Below are positions 36,701 through 48,226 of a stretch of 64,000 nt of DNA, piece after piece. Source of the DNA: Lepidodermella squamata (Eukaryota > Animalia > Gastrotricha); contig JBLDXI010000029.1 in the NCBI GenBank assembly GCA_047495785.1, positions 310,001 to 374,000 on the forward strand. The letters run 5' to 3'. The position numbers and the translations under genes are program-made. The notes under the pieces were generated by a model, which did not search any database, was not told where the DNA came from, and saw only the letters and a list, made by a program, of their open reading frames with translations. Within the stretch, counting starts at the first letter, position 1. Each line of letters opens with the position of its first letter.

Positions 36701-37575
36701 ACCAATGATTCGATGAAACAGTTGATTTTCACGATCCAATCCTCAGCAACACCATCACTCGTGTCGGAGAATTCAGTGTGTATTAGGTATTTACTGCCAT
36801 TATCGTTGCAAATCAGTTGCAGCAGCGCATTTTTCCCGAATTCCTGCGTCAATAGATCTGCTGACGTGTTTACTCTAAAGAGCTTAACATCAGGAATATC
36901 ACGCTCTTCCAGCCTAAAATTTGCGCTGCCTAACTTGCGCTGCGACGTGAATGGGGTTTCGGGGCCGGGATGAAAGTTTGAAATTCCATCCGAACCGAGA
37001 CAGAGATAGATCACTGGGCACATATCCTCCAGATAGCGAAAGAGAGTGACAAGAATGTCTTCCTTGTTGAAACCATCCTGCTTCATAAATTCACCGTCAG
37101 CGATTAGCATAAAAACGAAGTTTTCATTTATTGCTGCAACATAAAGATTCCGGCAGCAATCGCTGCCTTTGGGTATTAAGACATCCTCAACGCCCAAAAG
37201 TTGTTGAGCGGTTGCAACAACTTGATCTCGATCTCCGAAGCAGGCTGCAACTTTGCTGGCGTCATTTAGGGCTATGTGCAGGCGTAGCGCTTCTAAGCCT
37301 TCCACGTTCACGACAACCTGATTAATCGAATTCACGGCTTCGCCATAAAATAGCTTAAACAAATTCAGCTGAGAACCACTAGTCATCCGATCATTTAAAA
37401 AAAATCTAAAGGAACGGTTAAGACGTGGATAAGTAATTGCTGTCTCAGACCCTTTGTGAAGTAGGGCAGGCATAGTCAACGTATTCAAGGCAGAGTTAGA
37501 ACACGGTTGCAGGGATTTTAACTGAACTTCGCAGCCGCTTTGGAAATTACATGAATTTTGAACGAATTCGAGCAA
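27789..37575 (-). CDS. Giant (~2,550 aa) GB1/RHD3-VLIG-type GTPase with coiled coil, Cys/His-rich repeats and C-terminal vWA domain (2 large exons; start uncertain, first ATG 37473)
   Basis: G1 GVQSSGKS (34741-34764), G2 RCTDGIWM, G3 LDCEGLF. Cys/His repeats (CNTDHIC, H.C...C..C...C....GH). vWA MIDAS DATAS, VAYRDH, GGDDNHEAV, DAPPHG. A phase-2 intron 30370-32413 (GAAAG|gtacga...tcttctttttttaacag|G) joins ORFs 32392-37575 and 27789-30407 in frame. Confidence 0.8.
30692..31256. mobile_element. Non-autonomous TIR element with 4-bp TSD (possibly Sola-like) inside the GTPase intron
   Basis: ~37-bp imperfect TIRs CGTTAGCGTTTCGGTATAACTCTC..GACGGTAA / TTACCGTC..GAGAGTTATACCGAAATGCTAGCG; TSD ATTC at 30688-30691 and 31257-31260. 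Confidence 0.75.
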
Positions 37576-37837
37576 AGTCCCAAAATCCTCTTGAAAATGC
37601 CAACAATGCTTATTTCCCTAACCTTTCGCCTTGAATTTTGACTGTCAACATAAAAGTATGGTTTTCACATTGGTAAAATTCACGAAAATACACTGAATAA
37701 TATGTTATGCCGACTGTAACATATTTTCAAGATCAGGATTTGATTGAATAAGGGCATCCGATTCTACTCTCAGGATTCTACTGAAGAAGAAGAATCCAGT
37801 GGCATCGTTTCAATAATTTGGCTATACTGATTTATTT

Positions 37838-38076
37838 AGCCAGCGACATTTCAGCCTATAACAGTAATCCTAAGCAATATTGAGTGTCCCCAGCTAATTG
37901 ACCGTTAAAGCTGGGGGCTGAATTGACAATTGAATGTATTCAGCTGAATTATTGGCTGAACTGTCGGTAGCTAAATCGTCGCAGCTGAAATATTCCTGAC
38001 ATTTGCTTGAATTTTGGCTGAGATATCGCAGGCTGATTTGTCGTTCACTTATTTAGGCTGAAAAGTCCAGTTGACT
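37838..38076. repeat. Degenerate element with short periodic GCTGAA/TTCAGC repeats and inverted ends
   Basis: About ten (G/A)GCTGA(A/G/T) units; the end CATTTCAGCCT pairs with AGGCTGAAAAG. Confidence 0.45.
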
Positions 38077-39978
38077 AGGCCTGACCTTGATAAAAAATAT
38101 GAGTGGGGAGTTCATGTAAAATGCGCGATCGCTGTTTCCTTTTCGAGGCTTGAATCCTGATAAGAGCTGTTGTGTCTTCAATACCATGGAAAACCACTAT
38201 ATCTATCTTTTTATAGGGTGCAAATAGGTTTTATCGCCGTCAACTTGCGCCACGTTATCTCCGGTTTCAAACGCGACTTGCGTTTAGCCAATGCCATGGC
38301 AGAATAGGGACTTCGGGGACGTTGAAATTTTCACCTACGTTATCGTTACTGTCCATTTTTCAGGACGCTCAGAATGGGAAATGAATGAATGCCTCACGGC
38401 AGAATACAGTCCAGAGCATACAGATTGGAAATCGAGTGGAAGAAGGTTCTGCCGCCGAGATAGATTTTCCTCAAATTTTAGACTGGTAGGACTTAGTGCA
38501 AAATCCTAAGTTGTAGGCGTGATGTGTGAAATTGCCGAGCTGCCTTCTCTTGGATGTTGGGTGCATTATGAATCGCGTACATGAATCGTGCTAAGAGAGT
38601 GCTTAGCTTTTGCCTCCCTTGTGAAAATTTTATAGCTACAGAGGTTCATTACGACCGTTTTCAAGGCCCATTCCGAACAGCCACAATGCCGCATCATATA
38701 GGATAGCCTTAGTAGTCCATAAATATGGAGAATTATGGCCCATCAAGAAGAATTATGACACGGCGAAACGGATTCATTATGGAACGCATCTTTAAGCAAG
38801 CAAAACCTCGAATTGACTTGATACTTTGTTTCTGAAATATTTTAGGTAGGAGACAGGTTCAAGGTACCCGTTTTCCAAGACCTTTGGGACTATCGGAGCA
38901 AGGCATGGACACTTTTGAGCCGTCAGTGTGCCACCAGGGCACCCTCTAGAATCATCCCCAATAGCCGGCATATGGGCCATTAGGCTATATGAAGAACTAT
39001 TTATTTAATCGAAAAATCCTACGGATCCGGGTCATTCGATTTCGATTACTTTTAACCAGCGACAAAAATTCGCATATTCATAAATTCTCCAGCCAAAACT
39101 AATGAAGTAGTGGTTATGGTTGGGGGTAAAGTGAGTTTCGTCAACGGAGCATTAAGAATAATCAGACACTTCTACTGTCAAGCTCAACACAGAGGCTGAG
39201 ATAGTTTTTTTACCAAGGCTTGCTGAATGACTTTGAAAATAAGCCATATCATACTATTAATAGAATGCAAACAAGGGTTATCTCTACCAAATTCCGTCAC
39301 GTTATCCCCGGTTTTATAAGCGGCACGTTTTGCATGACAGTTCTATACCGACGAAAGCCTTTCGGGTGTATCAGTGTGCACGGGCTGACGCAGTTTATCA
39401 GTGCGGGAAATGTCGTCAAAACTCGGAAACAAATGTAGTATGGCTTGGATCTATCCAGTGAACGGTTATTGTCTGAAAACCCCATGAAACATCAGGGTTG
39501 CCTCAGATTACGACCCGATAATCCTGCCTAAATTCAAAATCAATAGGTATATTGAGTCAGGTCGTTCTGTTTATTTTTCTTTACACGAGTAAGTAATGAA
39601 ATGCAGGTCATTTACATGAGAAGTAAGCGATCAGGAGAGAAGCTTCGATCGAAAAGACATCGTTCAAAATTCTAGATCACGACATTATTACAAAACTTGA
39701 GGAAGCTGCAAGCTCAAAACCTTGAAAATTATATACATTTTGTAAGCGTCTACAATGACAAAATGTCTGAATTGGGAAAAACTGAAGAGACAGCTTGTGA
39801 TAAGTCTAATTGGAGGGCTTCATTCGCGAACGTTTGGCCTCGGTCGCGGGGAACGGAATCAACTTGTCTTCTCGCTCACGCCGACGTTGAAACCTTTTGT
39901 TTGCGCCTCAACAACGTAAAACGACGTTAAATAAAGCAAATGATGAAAATGACAATTGATGAAGCTATATATACTATA

Positions 39979-41066
39979 TCACTTGTGTTTTGCATCAATC
40001 AGACGCTTATCGTCCTTATCGTAATCGATAGCACGCCTTTCCAGTTTCCAAATATTGCCATTTCTTGCCAGTTGGTATTCGGAAAGAAAGTTTGCACCAA
40101 GCAAAGCTGATAGTTTGTATTGAACGGGTTGGAATTGACCGCGAGCTGGAAGCTTCTGCTTTGCCATTCCTCGACGAGGTGCCGTGCTTATCACGATAGG
40201 GAAGTAAGCTGGGTACCTGAGCATACAACCTTCGTGTAGAACCATTTCGATTTCATAGCCTAAAGTGATGTCTTCGGTATCCGAACTCGGTGCAACTTCT
40301 GGCAACGAAATCGACAACTGCCGCCAGACCAAATACCCATGCATCGGCTCAGCCTTCAACGCCAAATCGGTGCCTGAGAAAGACCATTCCTTCAGAGTAT
40401 CGCACTTTGACAGGAAGCAAGAACCAGCACGGTAAGAAATCAATTGTTTCAACTTGATGTCTAGATTCAACGTCCTAGGATCAATTTTGTGGTTGTTAAT
40501 AACGCTTTTTAGCAACATCATGAAGTTGAGATTGTCTGCTTTGAAATAATAGGTATGGCAGTCCAATTTGATGGTAAACTCGATCCCGCTTGTTCTTGAG
40601 TTAGAATTAATTCTCGATTCGGGTTTTGGAATGTTCCGGCTACTCGTGTAGATGTGCTCCAAAATGTAAATAGCTACTGGCTTTGATTTCAAGACTACAT
40701 CTTCAGCTTGCGGTTGCGTTAAAAAGGCTTGGATTTCATATGAAATCGATCCATATGCGCTGTAGAATGAAGATGGTAGATTAGGCGGGAGTTTGAATTT
40801 GAAACTTCGGCTGTTGATTCCAAGCTCATTTCCGAATGCCTTAAAGTCAGTCGACAAACCGAACAAGGTTCTATGAGAAACGACTTTCTTCTCGGATTCT
40901 AGCAGCTCAACTCGAGAATCGCAAAGTAATCGGACTAAGACAAAAATGGGCCCGGTAATGATGGGGCTGGTGATTTCAAACCTGATCGAGCCGCTTATTG
41001 TATCGCCGCAGAATTGAAGAAACCTTCATTTTTCGCAAGTTTTACAACAAGAGACTTTACGACCAT
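39979..41066 (-). CDS. Arrestin-domain protein (alpha-arrestin-like), with a 1-nt frameshift near 41020
   Basis: MVVKSLVVKLAKNEG then (shifted) FCGDTISGSIRFEI; FKFKLPPNLPSSF...YGSISYEIQA; LKQLISYRA; ITLGYEIEM..FPIVIST. Confidence 0.75.
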
Positions 41067-41595
41067 TCCAGATTAATGCAGTTTGGACACAAGACTCGTC
41101 ACAACTGCCTTAAATAGAGGCTCATGAATTTGATAGTGCCATTCCCTGACGCATAACAGAAGATGAATGTAGTTAATCATCGATATTTATGCTTGGCACC
41201 TGTTCCCCGCCATGCTTCACTGATTTGCGAGAATCATATACTATTGCTTTTGAATCATCATAAACGATCAGGGAATGAATCAAACAATAATGGGATGGCA
41301 GTAAAGCTCCGCGCCCAAATTTTTCAATATTGATTTAGCAATAGGCTCCTAGCTTCAGTACCTGAATTCCTTCCACCGCATTATCAGGGAGTTCTGACTT
41401 ATTGTTTTTCAGACTCTAGATCCACATGACAGATCGAGACCCCTTTGGCTCGGTAAGCTTCATGTGACTTGTAAAACTAACTTCGATTTGACTTGAAAAT
41501 AAATTTGTTTTGGATAGACAATGATTTTTATTGACCCTGTAAATATTATGTCATATTCGCAAATGACTGTGCACTTTCACAGTTAATAAAACAAA

Positions 41596-42506
41596 TTAGA
41601 ATGAGATTTTGATTGGGAAATGAACAAATGCAGTTAATACGGCGTTCACTCTGAAGAGAACCTCTACGATATAACTCACTCTAACATTTCGGGCATCAAT
41701 GCTCGGCCCAAGGTTGGGCAAATCGAGTTGTAGTAACCACGCTATCTTGCTTTCGCTCTCATAAAATACTTCGTGGCTTAATTGCTCGCTATCTACAAGC
41801 CATGTTTTCAAGTAATTGTTGATCTTTCGCATTTTATCCTCTGCGAAATACGTCATTGTCTGCACCAATTGAACATGCATCGACATATTGCTTGGATGAG
41901 AGGCAACGCCGCTTCTGTTTGTTAACTTCACAAATAGTAACAGCTTGTCGCCAATCATGTGGTAACTGCGACATGGCGAACCTGCTTGAAACTTGAGCTG
42001 ATGATCAAAGCCGATGTCTATCATTCGTTCAATGGTCTCCATTGCTTGGCATTGTTCCACAACCTTGAACTTCAGGATGTTCGATTTTGAATGTCCTGTA
42101 GATTGGCTACAGTTGCGTATATTGCGTATTCAATCTTGCCAAATTTGCTTTCGAACGACGATTTGGCTTCCCACGGCAAGCAACATGAGAAATTCTTAAA
42201 ATGGCGGCCTGGGTATGAATCGTATACCGAATCAATATTGATCGTTTTCACGACGTCGACAATGAACTGTGTCGAAGATACGCAACGTTCGTAGAATAGC
42301 GAACAGATTCCACTGCCATTTTCGCTTTCGGGGAATCTCGCAGTCGAGATGCCAACGAGGCGTATTGCGACGCAGATTCTGCCGTTGGACTGACTTGATT
42401 TCGATATTATGTACCTGAAAACTCCGTGGATAACATTGCCTGTTAGGTATATGCAATGTTTATTGCCACCTGGCCCGAACTCGATCACAGGACATTGTAA
42501 AACCAT
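41596..42506 (-). pseudogene. Arrestin-domain gene with an internal 1-nt frameshift (~42080-42110); pseudogene or consensus error
   Basis: ORF 42072-42545 (YLTGNVIHGVFRY; FSCCLPWEAKSSFESKFGKIEY) and ORF 41596-42060 (LVQTMTYFAE; VRVSYIVEV; FPIKI) are consecutive halves of a paralog of 44172-45125 in different frames. Confidence 0.7.
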
Positions 42507-42863
42507 GGCGATATGCTTCTGATCACGTACTAGGTACTCCAGCAAAAGCCTGGTATTTTATCTTTCTTTTATCTTTTACAGCAGAAAAACATGTCAATGC
42601 CCCAATTTACATTCATGTTATGCAGATTATTTATTTTTTTCACAGAAGATCCCGGAAAGCATATTGATAACATATGTCTCAATAAATGCATGCAAGCGCA
42701 CAATTATTTGGTGAGACAGGAATAATTTCCTATCAGAGGGAAGAATGAATCGGATACCAATTCCTAAAGGTTTCTGAGAGGTCTGACACCTGAAAATTCC
42801 AACTACGGAAGCAAGCAATAATAGACCAAATTCGTATCACGATTCTTTGAGAAAAATGGCTCG

Positions 42864-43210
42864 CTAATTGGTTATTATCACAGGAAGGTAGAGATTAGGC
42901 GCACCACAGCCTTTCACAACAAAAAGCAATCGAACAAAATGGCATACAATGATATTCTGCACATCAAAACTGGGCCCACATTCAGAAGGCAGTGGAAATG
43001 ATAAGGTGCATCTGGTTACGCTCCGATGCCTTCTGGATTTTTCATTATTCAATGTACAGATGTGCCATGAAGTTAAAAAACAATGACGAATTTGTCGACT
43101 TCGCTGCTCGCTTTAGACATTTCGTACTTCAAAAGGCATCGAATAGGAAACCCGGCTAAGTGGCAATCACCTTTGTCTTCGAATTCGATGTGATAATTCA
43201 CAAGGCCCAT
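42864..43210 (-). pseudogene. Internally deleted arrestin-domain pseudogene
   Basis: MGLVNYHIEFED...LKYEMSKASSEVDKFVIVF*LHG (cf. MGLKEYRIEFEN...FKYKMSKRSNIADRF) is joined directly to C-terminal GPSFDVQNIIVCHFVRLLF...LPVIITN. Confidence 0.75.
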
Positions 43211-44171
43211 GATGCCTAATGTGAAAATGATGTAGAGTAACCGGGAGAATCCGAATGCTAACTAGATTACTGCAGCACCTGGTGCACATAATAGCCGATG
43301 AATCAAGATTGATTCATGCGTTGGAAGATCTTGATGTAGTTTGTAGCAGGTATAAGTATGAATCGCTGTATGAATCGCCTTTATTCCCAGATGCAACTGA
43401 TTGTAAATAATTATTTAAAGGTTGCAAATAGTTCACTAAGAACGAGTAGAATTGCGACAAATTAAAGAGAAAATGGCAGAAAAGGAGTAAAATGTATCCA
43501 TTTTCTGAAGCGATGCGATTATGGCCAATAGCCATAAAGAGAAACAGTTAGTCGTAAGAAGAAACAATATTCGCATTAAAGCTGGCCAATAAGCAAGGGC
43601 GATTAGACTTCCTTTAAGTGGGCTCAAGTTACAAATAGTCTTGGATCAACTGAATTTAATGTCATCAGATGATATCTTGGTTTCAACTGCGTATGTGCCT
43701 TGCTTCTTATTACGTTCTAAATACCTAAAATAGGCGATAGGATTCAAATGCTTCTAGGCCCAATAATGGAACGCTTTCCACGTGTAATTAATGTAAGGCC
43801 CGCTCTCCTAGCCTCTGAATCGCCTAGCAATCAACACGTGAGCGGCAATTCGTGTAATCACGGTAGAGCGTGCCCTGTAGCGGATCGGTATCTAAAACGC
43901 TTGAAACAATTCTGACGGCGTTAAATGACTGTAAAGAGAAACGGCTTTGATACCGAAACTATGAGACATCCGGCACTTTCATTCACGCTTTGAAACAACA
44001 ATTCTGCCGCGAGATTACTTTTGCTATCAGGGCTATCGGCGTTAGGCTGGATACTGGACCGGCTCACATTATACCGGAGACGTAGTCGGCATTAGCGGTC
44101 TGAACTGAAGACTGTAAGCTTGAATTTGCTTTCATAGTAATCACAGTGGTACGCCGAATTAGGTGTACTTC

Positions 44172-45125
44172 TTATTTATTGCAAACATGATTTCGTGGCA
44201 CAGTCCCAATTGTAATAGGAAATTCAAGGCAGGCACTTCTAACGTCTTTATAATAAAACACTGCTTGCAAGTCATAGCTCACGATGATGTTCCCAGCAGT
44301 GATACTCGGCGGAATATTTCCTAGCTTCACGTTGGGCCTAATCACCACATACTCTCCTCCCTTGGCAGATGGAGTCAGAGCTATATCGACATACCATACC
44401 GACAATCGATCAGAAACCTCCTTCGTCAGTCCTTCAGCAGTGTAAGTGCTCGATCGAACCAGTTTGAACTTGAGTTTCAATTTATCCAACTCAACGCTAT
44501 GAATCGTCGCATTTTTCAGCGTGAACACTATATTGAATTCATCGCCAATCATGTAGTAACCACGGTGTGGCATAGAAGCCTCTATTTCCAGCGAATCGTT
44601 GCCGATATATGCGTATCGCTTCATCGGCCTCAACAGATCAGGGCTTGCAGTTTCGATATCTTCGAGCACTTTAAACTTGAGCGTCTTAGCAACATGATTG
44701 TATTCCTCTCCAAGCATCTTCGTACCTACAACTGCTGTTATTTTGTAGGCGATTTTGCCGTAATGGCTTTTGAACGATGTCTTGGCGGTCCATGGTATGT
44801 AAAATGAGAATCGCTTCAAGTGGTGACCTGGGCAGAGATCAGCTTCCGTACAGAATTCGAATTCTAGCTCGAGACTTGCCAGGGTTACGATAGATGAAGC
44901 TGTTTCTTTCCAAAACGTCTCCCAGTCCTCGTCCTGCTTTTTGTCTTTTGGAAAGTCAACTTTTGAATTCCCAGTTAGCGTTATAATAGCATGGAATCGA
45001 TCGGCTATATTGCTCCTTTTCGACATTTTGTATTTGAAGACGCCTTGGACTCGGCTTCCGATTTGATAGAGATGACGCGCATTGGGAACGTTTTCGAATT
45101 CAATGCGATATTCTTTAAGACCCAT
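44172..45125 (-). CDS. Arrestin-domain protein (alpha-arrestin-like), intact and intronless
   Basis: YQIGSRVQG; PGHHLKRFSFYIPWTAKTSFKSHYGKIAYKI; GYYMIGD; IPPSI...IIVSYDL...FPITIGTVP. Confidence 0.85.
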   Translation of the reverse strand: MGLKEYRIEFENVPNARHLYQIGSRVQGVFKYKMSKRSNIADRFHAIITLTGNSKVDFPKDKKQDEDWETFWKETASSIVTLASLELEFEFCTEADLCPGHHLKRFSFYIPWTAKTSFKSHYGKIAYKITAVVGTKMLGEEYNHVAKTLKFKVLEDIETASPDLLRPMKRYAYIGNDSLEIEASMPHRGYYMIGDEFNIVFTLKNATIHSVELDKLKLKFKLVRSSTYTAEGLTKEVSDRLSVWYVDIALTPSAKGGEYVVIRPNVKLGNIPPSITAGNIIVSYDLQAVFYYKDVRSACLEFPITIGTVPRNHVCNK

Positions 45126-45520
45126 TAGCAGTGAAACTTATCTTAGAATAGTTGTATTTTCAGGTTGGATATCATTCTTATACATTCACAAATAGTCGAG
45201 CCATATGTTCCCCTTGCATTCCTGATGTTCAATTTTTATGAGACATTTACCGAATGATTCACACGATTTCGGATTCACTCGTAAAAAAGCCTAATAATCA
45301 ATTTTTATTATTGTCGCGCGCTCAAGCGGAAGAGGTGAGGCCGATGATGGTTTCATCGATTGCTTCAAAGCTCGTCTTCGCAATTAGGGAAATGACACAT
45401 TTATACGCGGCTCTATAATTTGATCCATCATCTAACACTGTCAAATGCCTCTTTTAAACTCGTAAATTTCGGGGGACAAGAAGAAGAAATATTAAATTAT
45501 TGCCAATCTCGAGTCAAACT

Positions 45521-46980
45521 ATGGTTTCTCGCAGTTTTCAGCATCTTTTCTGCGCCACATCAATCTTTTACAACTATGTCCTTTCGGTTGATGCAATGGA
45601 TGATGTTAAATCGTTGATTTTTTCGGAATGCAACCTTCTTCCAACCGCGACGAGTCCAAATGAAGCAACAAGCCGGAATGCTACATTCCGAAGTCGCATC
45701 CCTACCGAAATGTGGTTCATGTTCGTGAGACTCGTCGACGTTGATGATGTTGGCGAGACGCTGACAATAACAGGCGGCTTCTTCGTTCAGTTTCGCGTCG
45801 AATGCATAGCAGAAGCTGCAAAGCGGTACAACAGAACGCAGTTCATCAGTCGGCATTGGATGATTACAAATACGAATGACTACTGGCGGCCTCCTTATGT
45901 CAATAAAAACAGGTATAACATAGTTCGACCAAACGATTGATCTGATCTAATGTCAAATTCATCAGACATTTCGATGAAATTTGCAAGGGTTTTTAAATTT
46001 GAAAAACGTGAAATTTGAACTGTTTACTAGTTGAATCGAGTCCTAAGTTTACAACTTTGAAGTTCATTTTTGTTACCATTAGCCGGTTCGATTTTGGAAT
46101 GACGAAGGACACTTACACGGTCATGCTGGTTGAGCCATTCGAGGGCCTTTTGCAATACGGCGCCGTAGGCTTCTACACTCCAAGCTGCAACTTCAAATTT
46201 GCAAGGTTGATTTTTGACATGTAATACGCATGTGTTGCTGACTGAAGACTTCCTTCAATATATGGAATAAAGATTTCCTTACGACACTCAAAACTGCACC
46301 ATCAGAAACGAGCTGTGGCAAAAGTCGGAAGATGTTAAGGTTACGAACGCATTCTCATATTTTTTAGATGGGACGGAGAATTTCATCTCTGACAACCTTG
46401 GATGGTCTTTGCTAGGAGCTAAGACGCGGTTTCAAGTACTGCCGTTTCCACCTATTGATTACGTGGCGATGGAAACCTCAATTAGAATCAAGCGAAGGCC
46501 CTTCTACTTTCTGTACAACATCGTCGCTCCTTGTTTCCTGCTAACTATCGTTCAACTGGCCGCTTTCTTCATCCCACCAGAATTCCCAGACAGATCAGGG
46601 TTAGTTCATCTGTTGTGTTTGATGTTGTGTTTGATGAGCTGATTATTGAATATCTTAGGTTCGCTGTTACGATTTTGCTCAATTTTACGGTCATCCAAGC
46701 TCAGGTCCAGAGTTTGCTGCCGAAAACACCCGAGAACGTTCTGTTGTCTGATCTCATATTCAGTGAAACCGTTTCCGCAATGATGATTACTCTGTATAGC
46801 GCTTGCACAAATGCATGGGTTGATTCGAGCCGTGTGCAGGCCGATCGACTCGTCAAATTGTGTGATGGTAGATTTCAATTACGATTCTGCCGCCTCGTTG
46901 ATTTGATTTCTTGCAGCGTTGTCGTTTCATCTCTTATTGTTATCAATGTAACGCTTGCTGCCCTGATTGTTCAGGATTAA
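45521..46980 (+). CDS. Orphan Cys-loop ligand-gated ion channel subunit, paralog 3 (4 exons)
   Basis: Same motifs and intron positions as paralogs 1 and 2; Cys-loop CNFKFARFPYDTQNC; PDRSGFAVTILLNFTVIQ. Confidence 0.9.
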
Positions 46981-48226
46981 ACTTTGGCTAGCATTACCTA
47001 CTTTAATTACCCCACAGGACTAATTGAATGTGTTGGGTCTAACTACGAACCGAAAAGTTCATGTAAAGCTGAAATTAGCCAAAATTATGTCAGATTTTGA
47101 AGGATGTATTCGCGTGTTGTGTGGTAAAACATCGAATTGACATCAATGAAATATTGACATATATTTGAATTCCCAGAAAATTTTTAGACATGGTACAACA
47201 TAGTCTATTCTCTCCTCTTCCATGCCAACAAATTCTAGTCCGGGTAATTAGTTATCTTTCGGCAGTGCGATTCTTGCTAGGCCGAAAAAAAGGATCGCTT
47301 TTACGCTCTGGGGCCAAAATGCCATAAAATAAATGGTCAATGGTCAATCAATGAAAAATACGCAAAAGATCCTCGAATATTTTTCCTGTCGATGTTGCGT
47401 TGAAAATCCCATACTTCATTTGAATCTAGTCAGGCTTTATTTTGTTAGAAAAACTATACATACCCTAAATCGACAAGCTCGGACTAACCAGCTACTGTAT
47501 AACTATAATGATATGGCACGATGCTATTCCCAATTATGTACTATGCTAAAAAAGCTGAATAAGGAAATAATTTGTGTACATCTCACTCTCTTACTGTATT
47601 GACCAAAAACTAAAACAAGTGATGACTTTATCCTAATTTCTCTCTGGGTTGCGCCCTAAGCCCACCCGTGGCCGGCGTTAATTTATATTACAATTTCGAA
47701 ATAAAACACACTGCTGCTGCTGCTTATTTTGTTAGCGATAGTATTCAAGGTCTGCTGAATTATACTATCACCTATCACTGTGCTAGTGATTTCACCGCGA
47801 CACGATTCGCTTTATTGGCTGATCAAAATTTGGATCTCATAAGGCTATTCTTGGCTCAGATTTCTACAAAATGTAAAGTTGAAGGTCTGCTCGAAGAGTT
47901 TTCTTTAAATCTCGAAAGATTGTGGAGCTGGAGCATCGACCTGAATAAAGTTTGGCGACCACGAGGAAAATTCACTTCGATTTAGCCTCCAAGTTGCGAG
48001 CTAAAAGAGATCCTTTTTATTTCAGCATCATCTGCCGAAAGAAAATGAGAGAAATAATGATGTTGAAAAATGTTGAACTAGGGCGATTCTCCACAACATT
48101 TCAGACGGCCACCTGATCGCGTGCATTTGAATTTTCCGCAAGGCACGTGCGGCCAAATGACGCACTACCATTGATTCTCTTTTTACTTTTTCAAATTTCA
48201 TTACTAAAATTTTTTCATCTGATAAA

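Noticed and set aside
27789-37575. Two separate genes (872 aa and 1727 aa), or one gene broken by a transposon
   Set aside because: A phase-matched GT-AG intron with a strong polypyrimidine acceptor joins them, and the Cys-repeat pattern continues across. The TIR element occupies only part of the intron.
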